From Candidatus Iainarchaeum sp. (GTDB taxonomy: Archaea; Iainarchaeota; Iainarchaeia; Iainarchaeales; VGJJ01), in assembly GCA_043803765.1 (NCBI GenBank), contig JAZDJQ010000018.1, positions 32,001 through 96,000 of the forward strand: DNA of 64,000 nt, written 5' to 3'. Position 1 is the first letter of the stretch. Every line of letters starts with the position of its first letter. The position numbers and the translations under genes are program-made. The notes under the pieces were generated by a model. It saw nothing but the letters and a program-made list of their open reading frames with translations. It was not told where the DNA came from and did not search any database. Below, piece by piece: positions 30,105-39,576 of this stretch.

Positions 30105-31895
30105 CTACTTGACCCACTTGCTGGCCCATGCAGGACTCTTTTTAGGAAAATGCCCAATAATCCATAGGACTAAGAGAATGAGCAGGACAACTATTCCCAA
30201 CCCTATTCCCTGTGCCCCAAACAAGAATCCCGTGAAACCAGCAAGGAATCCTGTTTCATACACATTCAAAGTGAACGGAATACTTGTTTCGGCATGGGGG
30301 GAAGTAACCACTAGGATGGGATAGTAGGTCATTTCATTAGTAAAGTCGCTCGTTTTAAGTGTAAATGCATACGTTCTCGTCTGATGAGGAGCGAGCACCG
30401 TGTTTTGCTCCCCAATCAAAATTAATCCGCTTCCTTTCACTCCCACCATTTTGAAATGAACACCAAAGATAGAATTATCCGTTGGGTTTTGTAATGTTAT
30501 TTCAAACGTCTTATCTTGTCCCTTCACCATATTCAATACGGTGGGGGCGGATACTACATTGATAACGGATGGGAGTTCTCCATCAAATGAAATAATATCA
30601 AATGATAGAGGAATACTCAATGCATGACTGCCTCCGTTGATCTGGATGAAATTATTTACCCCGTCCACGGAAGTATCCTCGTGAGCATACACGCTCAACG
30701 TGACGATTTGTGATTTTCCTGCAGGAATATTCGAAGAAGAGGGATTGAAAACAAAGTCCACGTCCGGAATATCCTGTTTCATTCCAAAAGAAACCGTTTG
30801 AGACACATCTCCTTTGTTGTGCACAATAAATACGGCATCTTGGGACTGTCCTTTGACCAATGTGTAAAACGTGGAAACGCTTTCCGCTTCCAAATAGGAA
30901 AGAGGAAGCACTTTCATGTTAACCGACTGGGAAGTAGTATAGTCTCCTGCTGTTGCCGAAATCTTCACCGGATACGTTCCTGCAGGCGTTTCCAATCCGG
31001 GAAACAAGGACAAATCAAGCGTGAGCGTTTCTAAACTATTAAGAGTAAAATCCAACGAGTTAGCAGGAATAATCGAATCAACCGTTACGTGAACATTTTG
31101 TTTATTCGTTGTAAGATTCTTCAACGTAATAGGAAATAACGTTGTTTGCAGTTTCTTCAAGTCCTTCGGCTTTTTGGGAAGCGTGAGAGAAATGGTTTTC
31201 TCTGGGAAAACAGGGCAGTCATTCACACTCACAACGAAGGGGCGCAGTACGACTATTTGGGATGTTTCCGCCCAAATGGTTCCTTCATGCAAACCGATGT
31301 TGTGGGGGGAAGTGGAAATGGAAAGCGAGACAATTTCCGTAGTGGAACTGGCTAATTCAAATGATTCATCCTGAAATGTTGGAAAAAGAATGGGTTGTTC
31401 CCCGTGTAACAATACAAGCGTGTCATTTCCTGAAATGTTTTTTACTGAAACATTGAGCGTTCCCACATAGTCGTTCCCGCAAACCGATTGGTCAAATACG
31501 GAAACAGTCAAGTAGGGATTGTTCCCCACATACACCGTAATAGGAACTTCTACTAGTTGCCCGTCCATATCCACTTTTACTACTACATCGTATGTTTCAT
31601 GGTCGGCATCATCTGAAGCGGAAACAACAATACCAATAGTAGTAGACTCGTACCCGTTCAAGGAAAACTTTTTCAGAGTAGGAATAGCGGTAATAAAACC
31701 CGAATCGCTCTTGGCGGATATTTTCACCTCATGTTTTTCAAAATCAACATTATGCACATTAAGAGAAAGAGTCGCCGTCATTCCTTCCAGTAATGAAACG
31801 GAGGAAGGACTCTCCATGCTGGAAGTGAATGGAAACGCAGTAACAAGACTCGTGAAAGCAGCTAATACTACGATGATGGATATGATGTGACGCAT
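30105..31895 (-). CDS. Ig-like repeat cell-surface protein, C-terminal TM anchor
   Basis: Signal peptide; repeated V.N...modules, TPAGTYPV; FTGF motif + TM. Confidence 0.8.
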   Translation of the reverse strand: MRHIISIIVVLAAFTSLVTAFPFTSSMESPSSVSLLEGMTATLSLNVHNVDFEKHEVKISAKSDSGFITAIPTLKKFSLNGYESTTIGIVVSASDDADHETYDVVVKVDMDGQLVEVPITVYVGNNPYLTVSVFDQSVCGNDYVGTLNVSVKNISGNDTLVLLHGEQPILFPTFQDESFELASSTTEIVSLSISTSPHNIGLHEGTIWAETSQIVVLRPFVVSVNDCPVFPEKTISLTLPKKPKDLKKLQTTLFPITLKNLTTNKQNVHVTVDSIIPANSLDFTLNSLETLTLDLSLFPGLETPAGTYPVKISATAGDYTTSQSVNMKVLPLSYLEAESVSTFYTLVKGQSQDAVFIVHNKGDVSQTVSFGMKQDIPDVDFVFNPSSSNIPAGKSQIVTLSVYAHEDTSVDGVNNFIQINGGSHALSIPLSFDIISFDGELPSVINVVSAPTVLNMVKGQDKTFEITLQNPTDNSIFGVHFKMVGVKGSGLILIGEQNTVLAPHQTRTYAFTLKTSDFTNEMTYYPILVVTSPHAETSIPFTLNVYETGFLAGFTGFLFGAQGIGLGIVVLLILLVLWIIGHFPKKSPAWASKWVK

Positions 31896-31898
31896 GGT

Positions 31899-32423
31899 TT
31901 ATCCTCCCACTCGGTTCTTGATACGTGCAACGAGGGCAATAAGCAATACAAAAATAATGAACAATAGTATTCCATTCACTATCCAATCGGAAAAAGAACC
32001 CATACTCGCTAATCCGGTAAAAAGGAAATGACTATTTTCGTCCTGTTCAAAAGAAGGTGTATTGATTCGTGTAAACGCGATTGGAACAAACACTTCCTCT
32101 TGTGCCGTTGAAACTCTAATTTGTCCAGTGAAAGAATCGCCTAATTGTAAATAGTTGAGAGGAAGGGCATAGACGGTAATAATTTTGTGTGATTTTCCAG
32201 GAATAGTAGCATATCCTTCTTCCGTTGAAAAATCCAAAGTAAATGGACCAATAGGAGAAAAGGAAAAGGTTTGGGATTGTGTTTGAGTATTTGTAATAGT
32301 GAGAGGAATGGCGGTTGGAATCGTTCCGCTCATTTTAATGATTGAAAGGGGGGCCTCGACTGAGAGTCCACGTACAAACGTGAGGGCCAAGAAGAATGCC
32401 AGTACGAGAATGACTAACCGCAT
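31899..32423 (-). CDS. Small Ig-like surface protein, TM anchor
   Basis: Signal peptide, single beta module, FTGL motif + TM. Confidence 0.75.
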   Translation of the reverse strand: MRLVILVLAFFLALTFVRGLSVEAPLSIIKMSGTIPTAIPLTITNTQTQSQTFSFSPIGPFTLDFSTEEGYATIPGKSHKIITVYALPLNYLQLGDSFTGQIRVSTAQEEVFVPIAFTRINTPSFEQDENSHFLFTGLASMGSFSDWIVNGILLFIIFVLLIALVARIKNRVGG

Positions 32424-32522
32424 TTTGTTTGACACACCAACCACCTTTCACTTATTCATGTGAATACACTACATAGTGTGGAGGTTCTATTTAAAGATTG
32501 GCAGTATTTTAATAAATCCCCT

Positions 32523-32969
32523 ATGCTCGATGAATTCATCGAAAATACCGAGGGCATAAGTGCCCAAATTCTATCATTTGACGAAGAAGTAGCTACTTGT
32601 AAGCAGGCCCAGGCCCTCGAAAAGACCATTCCCATAGTCAAAACAATCGTTTTAACCCACACGGAAGGGCATCTTCTTGCAATTCTCCTATCCAATGATA
32701 AAGTGGATTATGGGGCGATTCAGCAATTAACAGGCAAAAAGGAAGTGCGCCTTGCCACGCATGAGGAAGTAGAACCGTGCACCGGATACAAAGTAGGAGG
32801 AGTACCCCCTATTAGCATCTATGGAATACCTACTCTTCTTGATGAAAAAGTACTATCCCACCATTGGGTGTTAGCAGGAGGAGGAGACTCGTTTAGTTTA
32901 CTCAAAATACAATCCAATGACATCCGCACATATGGATTTGAAGTCAACGTCGCACGCATTACAAAGTAA
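32523..32969 (+). CDS. YbaK/ProX aminoacyl-tRNA editing domain protein
   Basis: IVKTIV, RLAT..EV...TGY.VGGVPP, AGGG. Confidence 0.9.
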   Translation: MLDEFIENTEGISAQILSFDEEVATCKQAQALEKTIPIVKTIVLTHTEGHLLAILLSNDKVDYGAIQQLTGKKEVRLATHEEVEPCTGYKVGGVPPISIYGIPTLLDEKVLSHHWVLAGGGDSFSLLKIQSNDIRTYGFEVNVARITK

Positions 32970-33002
32970 AAGAAAAAAAGAAAGAAATGAAAATGGAAAG
33001 AA

Positions 33003-33386
33003 TTAGCAGAAAGAAGTAGTGCAGTAAAAACCAAACCCATTTGAGTGATAATAAAAATCAAGAGTAGTGTGCACAGGAGCAGTCTGAGGATAATAATACC
33101 CGTAATTCCCATAATTTCCATACATGGAATAGGAAGGATACACCCCATAGGAACCGGACAAATACCCCGGAGGATAATATCTTCCACCGCCTAAAACAGG
33201 ATAACCCGAATTAGGATAATACGCATAATACGTCCACCCCTGATTCATTCCAGAAGGTTGGTAAAATGATCCGGCATACAATTGGTTAGACTGATACGTC
33301 TCAGGAACATACGCAGGCCACGCAGAGACCAATGAAGAAAAAGAAAGAAGAATCATCGCCAACCCAAAAAAACGAATAAAACTCAT
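33003..33386 (-). CDS. Secreted Tyr/Gly/Pro-rich low-complexity protein
   Basis: Signal peptide; YGNYGNYGYYYP-type content. Confidence 0.7.
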   Translation of the reverse strand: MSFIRFFGLAMILLSFSSLVSAWPAYVPETYQSNQLYAGSFYQPSGMNQGWTYYAYYPNSGYPVLGGGRYYPPGYLSGSYGVYPSYSMYGNYGNYGYYYPQTAPVHTTLDFYYHSNGFGFYCTTSFC

Positions 33387-33486
33387 TCACGTTCCTCCGT
33401 TAATAATAGTCCCTTTGAAGTATAAAAGGAAAACCATTTTATGTATACAATTTTCGGTATTGGACGAAAAATGGAGTGAACCAAAA

Positions 33487-33975
33487 TCAATCAAAACAGG
33501 GGCAATCCCCTACATCATCCCAAAAATCATCCCAAGAATCCTCAAATTTATCCCATTCGCCTTTCTTAATAGTCTTTTGAGCCGATTTAGGATTACCCAC
33601 CCCTTTGTATGAAATAATCCCATTCGTCTTAACCGTACCATGCCGATTGAGATAATTACTCTTATTCACGGGTGATTTTTCTTTTTTAATCGTAATACCA
33701 GTTGCAACAGTAGGATTGGAAAAGCAAGGTTGCCCGCAGGGAAGGGAAGGAACCAAATACGCAGGAGCGGAAATGGGGGCAATATAGACATTCGCCACAA
33801 TAGGAGGATACGTTCCCGCATGTACCGGAATCACTCCTGTCGTATACGAAGGATAAACCTTGTGATAATAAGAAGGAGCAGAAGGAACGGAAAAAGAATA
33901 CTCTTCAGCATGGGCGGAAGCATTCACCCCAAGCAGAACAAAGAAGACCAAACCAAAAAAGAAAAAAGGACGCAT
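33487..33975 (-). CDS. Secreted Pro/Tyr-rich protein
   Basis: Signal peptide; C-terminal WDDFWDDVGDCPCFD. Confidence 0.65.
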   Translation of the reverse strand: MRPFFFFGLVFFVLLGVNASAHAEEYSFSVPSAPSYYHKVYPSYTTGVIPVHAGTYPPIVANVYIAPISAPAYLVPSLPCGQPCFSNPTVATGITIKKEKSPVNKSNYLNRHGTVKTNGIISYKGVGNPKSAQKTIKKGEWDKFEDSWDDFWDDVGDCPCFD

Positions 33976-34070
33976 ATCAAATAACCAATGGACCCATTCC
34001 CATTATAACAAATACACCTAAAACGAAGAAAAAAAAAGAGAGCAGGGAGTAATACTCCCGCCTGCTACTA

Positions 34071-34250
34071 CTAGAAGTCAAATGGCTTGAGGGTCTTGCG
34101 CCCGCCACCATTACAACGATCCACGGCGCGTTTCATCAGCATCTCAACCTGGTCGTTAAGCGCATCATACGCGTCGGAGGACATCATCATGTTCTTTCCA
34201 CGAATGAAATCCGCTACCTTGGACTTGACAATGAATGTTTCATTTGCCAT
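34071..34250 (-). CDS. Small histone-fold protein (DUF1931/Bd0055-like)
   Basis: MANETFIVKSKVADFI...SSDAYDALN..V..L...AV.R....GRKTLKPFDF; GGGAGG Shine-Dalgarno upstream. Confidence 0.8.
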   Translation of the reverse strand: MANETFIVKSKVADFIRGKNMMMSSDAYDALNDQVEMLMKRAVDRCNGGGRKTLKPFDF

Positions 34251-34390
34251 AACGTCATTCCTCCCAACCACCCGCTACATTAGGCGAAGCGAGCAATCAC
34301 GAAAGTAGAATGGCTCAAAGTATAAAAGGGTTCACCCCCGCAACACTAAAATTTGGGGGTTATAAGGCAAAGTAAAGGGAAATAGAAAAA

Positions 34391-34453
34391 TACGCCGTCC
34401 GTTCGCCCATCATTCATCATGATTCAGGAAGATGCATCTCGTCATCCGGCGTA
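34391..34453 (-). ncRNA. C/D-box guide sRNA
   Basis: Minus strand: TACGCCG stem, C ATGACGA, guide GATGCATCTTC, D' CTGA, C' ATGATGA, guide ATGATGGGCGAA, D-like CGGA, CGGCGTA stem. Confidence 0.7.
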
Positions 34454-34494
34454 ACACGTTTAACGGGAACAACCCGATAAAAAACCAGCACTCT

Positions 34495-37400
34495 TTACTG
34501 AACGGGTTCAATAGGCTTGAATCCAAACGTATCATAGTATTGAAGAAGCTTGAATAAGTAGGCCGCTCCAACAAAAAACACGACTTCTAAAATAGCAAAA
34601 ACAAAACCATAGGATAAACCAAACTGCCACCCCACCAAGAGGGGAATGGAAAAGAAAACGAGACCCAGCATTGAGCGCAACAACCTCTGCCGCTGCCTCT
34701 CATTATCCGCTACAATTCGAAAGAACACACGACGAAATACCATGTCGGATGCAATCCCGGCTAACGTACAAAGACCCAAGAAAATGGCATTCGCACTTGG
34801 TCCGGTTACTTCAACCAAATCAGACGCGGACAAGATAAGATGATTAGCAATGTTGTTGATTGTTTCAATTATCTGTTCGGGAATCACAATACCCGTTCCC
34901 ACTATTTCCAGTTCACCATTATCATTCGTCTTCACCACACCGCTCAAAGGAGGAACAAGAGGTACAATTGTATTATCCGTTTTGTTATTGGAAGGAATAG
35001 ATTCTGAAACCAACAAGAATGAAAAAGATGATTCGCTGGAATTACCATATTCGTCTTCCGAAATGATAGTTACGTCAACCGGAGTATGCGTTGATTGAAA
35101 TGAAAGAATATCCGCATCCACATTCACCACGCATTCCAAAAAATCGTTTGCGGATTGCGTGCAGACGGGTTCATTCTTGTTCGCTGCCCCATTGATCAGC
35201 ACCTCTGCCTTTGGAGAGGAACCGAATCCAGAATAGTCCTGTAAAACAAAATGAATGCTCTCTGGAAAATAAGAGACAGAACCCGTTGGTTCATAACTTT
35301 CAATGTGGGGCCCATGAAAATCAAGCACCATTCCTGAAATATTTTTTACTGCTGTCGAAAAACCATCCTCATTTCCCTCGAATCGAATAGAGTATTCCCC
35401 TTCAGGCAAATCATCCGGAATGGCAACAGGAGTGTTACAATTGAATGCCAAATCCGCCATCGTACAGATTGACTCTACCCCTTCATAATTCGCCACATCA
35501 ATCGAACCCAAATCAACTACTTTTCCATCAGTGCCCTCCGCCAACATTCTCACATCTAAATCAATAGCAAATGTAGCATGATTCATTACGAATACAGCAT
35601 TCTGTATTGCTTGGTTTTGTGAGTGCCAGACCGCCCCGGGAGAAGGATACGAAACCGTTACATCGAGTTGACTTCCATCCACGGTGATTTTTCCATCCCC
35701 GCTTGTAATCTCTGCCATTTCTCCTGCCGAATCCATGACATTTACTTTCAAATAAAAACTCCCCTCGGGAACGAGGAGCCCTTTCAACGGATTAAAAATG
35801 ACAATATTGATGGTGCAGTTATCTGAATCACCTGAAGCGGTACAGGAAATGTTGAATGCATTATCCACATTCCTCCATTCGTTTATCGTATAGTCTTCTC
35901 CCCCAGGGGTCAATCCAAAATACACTTTAGCATAATGCGCATCTCCAATATCCGGATCCGTAATAGTGAAAGCAACCGCCTTCTTGAACGGAGTATCAGA
36001 TGGATTCGAAAGAGTATTCTGCCACACTGCCGAAACAGGAATCAAATTAGACAACACAGGAGGAGAATTGGAAAAATCAAGAATATTGGAAAGAACAATC
36101 GCTGTTCCCGCAGAATTCCTCCGCATGAATGCAATCGTCTCATTCGTAAGACCTGATGCAGAATACGAACCAAAAAAATCCCCTCCGCCAATCAACTCAT
36201 CATCATAGTTTCCATGAGAGAGCGGACGAAAAGAATAGTGTTCCTGCCCATGAAAATCAATGAATAAACCAAGTATATGACGGTTGCCCGCATCATCTCC
36301 TTCTGCAATCAAAACAGCTTTGTCTTGGTCGGACTGAGAAACAAATGGAATAACTACTTCCCCAATATTTAATCCATCTATTGATGAAACCCACGAGGAA
36401 ATATTCTTCCATCCATCTCCAGAGGAACCATCCCCTGAAGGAGAAATGGAAATACTTCCATCCATGCACGTTCCGGATGGACAACGATACGCCGCTACCT
36501 CATTTCCCATCCGCGATACTACAAGAAGAGAATCATTCCCATACGCGATGGAAGGAAAAGAAAACGCCCCACTCCCAAGAAGGACTGGAGCCAACCATGA
36601 ACCATCCCCTACGTTGAATAAAGAAAAATAAAGGGATGAATCGGGTCCACTCGAATATGCATCCAACCAAACTGCATACACTCTTCCAAGATTATCAACT
36701 GCAATCTCGGGGAAACGAGGATTACCATTATGAACTCCTTGCGTAATATCCGGCCCACTTAATGAAGAAAACCAAGCACTATGCGAAGCACAAGAAGATG
36801 ACACTAAACAATACTTGTGAAATATTCCATCAATGCGCAACGCATCATTGATCTGCATATCATCAAAGAGAATATGCACATACTGTCCGTCCACTGCAAT
36901 CTTGGGACGACCAAATGAATACTTCCAAGTGAAAGAAGGAGCCCCCGTTTCATCCAAAAGTGGATCCAAAATGCGGGTGGGAGTCTGCCATGAGGAAGCA
37001 CTACCACAATTTCCTGATGCGCATTGAGTATAGTAGATGGTGCTCTTCTCATTCGTTTTATCCTTCACCGTAAACGCAAGATGAACGGTTCCATCCGGAT
37101 CAATGGCAAGAGAAGCATCGATAACACTTACTCGGGAAAAAGAGGTGCCCGCGGGAAGAGAAGCAGGAGGAATAATGGATTTCAATGAAAAACCATCCGA
37201 CCAACCCGATATTCCAGAGGAAGACATCGCAATCATAGGACCTGCTGCATTGTAGTAAACCCCAACCCACTTACCAGTAGGAAGACGCACGATCGAGTTG
37301 GAACGAGAATCATTCTCGGCATACATCCCCGATCCAGTAATGGTATCGGACTCGGAAACATCTACCATCCAAACATTGGGATTGAGAAGCGGATCGCAGT

Positions 37401-37779
37401 TACCATTCTCCTCACAGCACCGCCCCCAAATATCCGTAAAACCCCAATTCGAATAGGACGGTTGGGCCGTGCAGAATTTTGAACTCGAAAGATTGAAGGC
37501 GCTCGAACAAATTTTGTTCGACGTCGAAGGAAAACAATCATCTTGTGGACAAATAATAAGATTCCGGTAACCGGAAACTGACTCACAACCCGCAATGAAT
37601 GTGCCCATCCCATGAATCGGAGTGGGATTATCAATGGTTATTTTCCCCCATTCCGCGGAATCACCGGCATCTTCATCCGATCCATTCGTGTCACCCGCGC
37701 CTCCAATCTGACCCGCCACTATTGGAGCAAATGAAACCCACATTATGAAAAGGAGGAGAACCCACTGCGGACGCATCAC
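34495..37779 (-). CDS. Large surface protein, BNR/beta-propeller-like plus Ig-like domains, C-terminal multi-TM
   Basis: Signal peptide; repeats like P.IAVD..G.V...W, IYY..C....W; three C-terminal TM helices. Confidence 0.75.
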   Translation of the reverse strand: MMRPQWVLLLFIMWVSFAPIVAGQIGGAGDTNGSDEDAGDSAEWGKITIDNPTPIHGMGTFIAGCESVSGYRNLIICPQDDCFPSTSNKICSSAFNLSSSKFCTAQPSYSNWGFTDIWGRCCEENGNCDPLLNPNVWMVDVSESDTITGSGMYAENDSRSNSIVRLPTGKWVGVYYNAAGPMIAMSSSGISGWSDGFSLKSIIPPASLPAGTSFSRVSVIDASLAIDPDGTVHLAFTVKDKTNEKSTIYYTQCASGNCGSASSWQTPTRILDPLLDETGAPSFTWKYSFGRPKIAVDGQYVHILFDDMQINDALRIDGIFHKYCLVSSSCASHSAWFSSLSGPDITQGVHNGNPRFPEIAVDNLGRVYAVWLDAYSSGPDSSLYFSLFNVGDGSWLAPVLLGSGAFSFPSIAYGNDSLLVVSRMGNEVAAYRCPSGTCMDGSISISPSGDGSSGDGWKNISSWVSSIDGLNIGEVVIPFVSQSDQDKAVLIAEGDDAGNRHILGLFIDFHGQEHYSFRPLSHGNYDDELIGGGDFFGSYSASGLTNETIAFMRRNSAGTAIVLSNILDFSNSPPVLSNLIPVSAVWQNTLSNPSDTPFKKAVAFTITDPDIGDAHYAKVYFGLTPGGEDYTINEWRNVDNAFNISCTASGDSDNCTINIVIFNPLKGLLVPEGSFYLKVNVMDSAGEMAEITSGDGKITVDGSQLDVTVSYPSPGAVWHSQNQAIQNAVFVMNHATFAIDLDVRMLAEGTDGKVVDLGSIDVANYEGVESICTMADLAFNCNTPVAIPDDLPEGEYSIRFEGNEDGFSTAVKNISGMVLDFHGPHIESYEPTGSVSYFPESIHFVLQDYSGFGSSPKAEVLINGAANKNEPVCTQSANDFLECVVNVDADILSFQSTHTPVDVTIISEDEYGNSSESSFSFLLVSESIPSNNKTDNTIVPLVPPLSGVVKTNDNGELEIVGTGIVIPEQIIETINNIANHLILSASDLVEVTGPSANAIFLGLCTLAGIASDMVFRRVFFRIVADNERQRQRLLRSMLGLVFFSIPLLVGWQFGLSYGFVFAILEVVFFVGAAYLFKLLQYYDTFGFKPIEPVQ

Positions 37780-37888
37780 GGGGAGAAGGAAAACCGCATA
37801 AAAAGGTTTTCCATTGGCGGAAGCGAAGAAGGGTTTATAACAGGTTTTTGGGTTATTTTATGCTAGATACTACGCGGAGGAAATACAA

Positions 37889-38281
37889 ATGGAAGAAGAA
37901 AATAAAACGGAAGCTGCCCCTCAGGAAACGACCGGAAACATAGAGGAAGAGGGATCGATTGAAGAGAGTAAACTCCCATTTCCCCGCGCCACTGTAACCA
38001 ACATGATGCGCCAATACCTTGATAGCGGAAAACAAATCAAAGGACAAGTAAAAGACGAAATGAATATTTGGTTAGGAAAAATGGTGGAACGCATCGCCAA
38101 AAAAATGAACGCTCATCCTTACACGTATGTCGATTATGGAATGCTACGAGAAGCGATTGAACCCTATGAAAAAATACAAGACGTGGAACAAGAAAAAGAA
38201 CACATCATCAAACAATTAGAAGCAGTCAAAAGCCAATGCGACGTACTCATACGCGAAGTGGATCGAAAGTTCCAGTTATAG
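37889..38281 (+). CDS. Histone-fold protein with acidic N-tail and C-terminal coiled coil
   Basis: LPFPRATVTNMMR...I...VK.EMN.WL...VERIAK......TYVD...L.EA; heptad C-terminus. Confidence 0.65.
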   Translation: MEEENKTEAAPQETTGNIEEEGSIEESKLPFPRATVTNMMRQYLDSGKQIKGQVKDEMNIWLGKMVERIAKKMNAHPYTYVDYGMLREAIEPYEKIQDVEQEKEHIIKQLEAVKSQCDVLIREVDRKFQL

Positions 38282-38285
38282 TATG

Positions 38286-38774
38286 TTATTCCAACCAAGG
38301 AACGGTCCATTTCTTTGCACGCGGATACAGGTGAAGGAAAAAAGAAAAAACAAGAAAGAACACCCACAATGAAACGTAATCCGTAAGAAAATCACTCACG
38401 GAAAAAAGAATAGTGGGATGGGCAAACGTGAACCAGTATCCTACATTATGCAAAATAACTACCCCGAAAAACAATCCTGCTAATTCACCCCAATCCATTT
38501 TATTCGCATGCTTGGCTAACAAAAACACCCATACGGCGATAAGCACATGCATGATTTGGTGGAAAAAAAATTCCCACACATGAAAAAGATTACCAAACGC
38601 AGGAACGGCAACAAACGGGGCATCCCAAAGCAGTGGTTGAGCATAATACGAAATACCATACCCAAACCAAAAATAAAAAATTCCAACCTTAATCCATATC
38701 AGAATTTGAATGGCTAGATAGAACATGAAATATTTCCAAAAAATACGAGGAGGATTTCCCGCAATATCCTTCAT
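38286..38774 (-). CDS. Membrane protein
   Basis: Four hydrophobic segments with His residues (HQIMH, LHN). Confidence 0.7.
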   Translation of the reverse strand: MKDIAGNPPRIFWKYFMFYLAIQILIWIKVGIFYFWFGYGISYYAQPLLWDAPFVAVPAFGNLFHVWEFFFHQIMHVLIAVWVFLLAKHANKMDWGELAGLFFGVVILHNVGYWFTFAHPTILFSVSDFLTDYVSLWVFFLVFSFFLHLYPRAKKWTVPWLE

Positions 38775-38798
38775 GAGTATGTGAAAAAAGAACCGAGA

Positions 38799-39398
38799 TT
38801 AAAAATCCAGTTCATCCCTCACATTCGGCCAACAAGACAATATTTTTATCGAAAAAGGATTACGCCCGCCCAGCAATACTTCCTTAAGCTTGGAAACATT
38901 ATGCACGTTGCGCACATAGCTGGCTTTTTCAAAATCCAAAATAACAGGCTGATCCGAAGTATCAATCAAAATGTTATGCAATTTTCCCCCTAATTGACCA
39001 TGGTCAATCCCCACACGGTCCAAGCGCCGTGCCTGAAGAAATAACCGAGTAAGTACGCGCTCCATTTTAACACGGGAAACACAAGCATCGATAAATGATG
39101 CTAATGGCATTCCATCCACAAACGACATGACGACGATACCGGCGTCCAAATCCACTTCCATTATCTTAGGACCTACTCCTGCCTCATTGGCCATTCGAAG
39201 CAAACGCACTTCTTTCTCAATCATGGCTTTCCTTGTAGAATGGGAATGCTCCACTTTCGCCGCAAAAAACGACCCCTCTTTTTCTAATTTCCAAATCGCC
39301 CCGCTTTTCCCTTTAGCAATGAGAGAAAGACTCGCGTATCCATGAGAAGAAAACCAATTCCCCACATGAGGAGACAAAACCGGAGAAAACACGCTCAT
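38799..39398 (-). CDS. Archaeal RIO-like Ser/Thr protein kinase
   Basis: IAKGKSGAIW, AAKVE, E..LL..AN..GVGP, DHGQL...HNIL, LDFEKAS. Confidence 0.85.
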   Translation of the reverse strand: MSVFSPVLSPHVGNWFSSHGYASLSLIAKGKSGAIWKLEKEGSFFAAKVEHSHSTRKAMIEKEVRLLRMANEAGVGPKIMEVDLDAGIVVMSFVDGMPLASFIDACVSRVKMERVLTRLFLQARRLDRVGIDHGQLGGKLHNILIDTSDQPVILDFEKASYVRNVHNVSKLKEVLLGGRNPFSIKILSCWPNVRDELDF

Positions 39399-39576
39399 GT
39401 AGAAGAAGAGGGTAAACCAGTTCATAAAGCCCCCTATTCAACACCCACATCCATCATGAAAATGGGGGTTTTAAACAGTTACATCCATCTAAATAACTGA
39501 AAACAAGGGCAACTGCCCCAAAAACAAAGAAAATCGTTTTTTGCCAAAATGTTTTCTACCATGGAGGAATACCATC

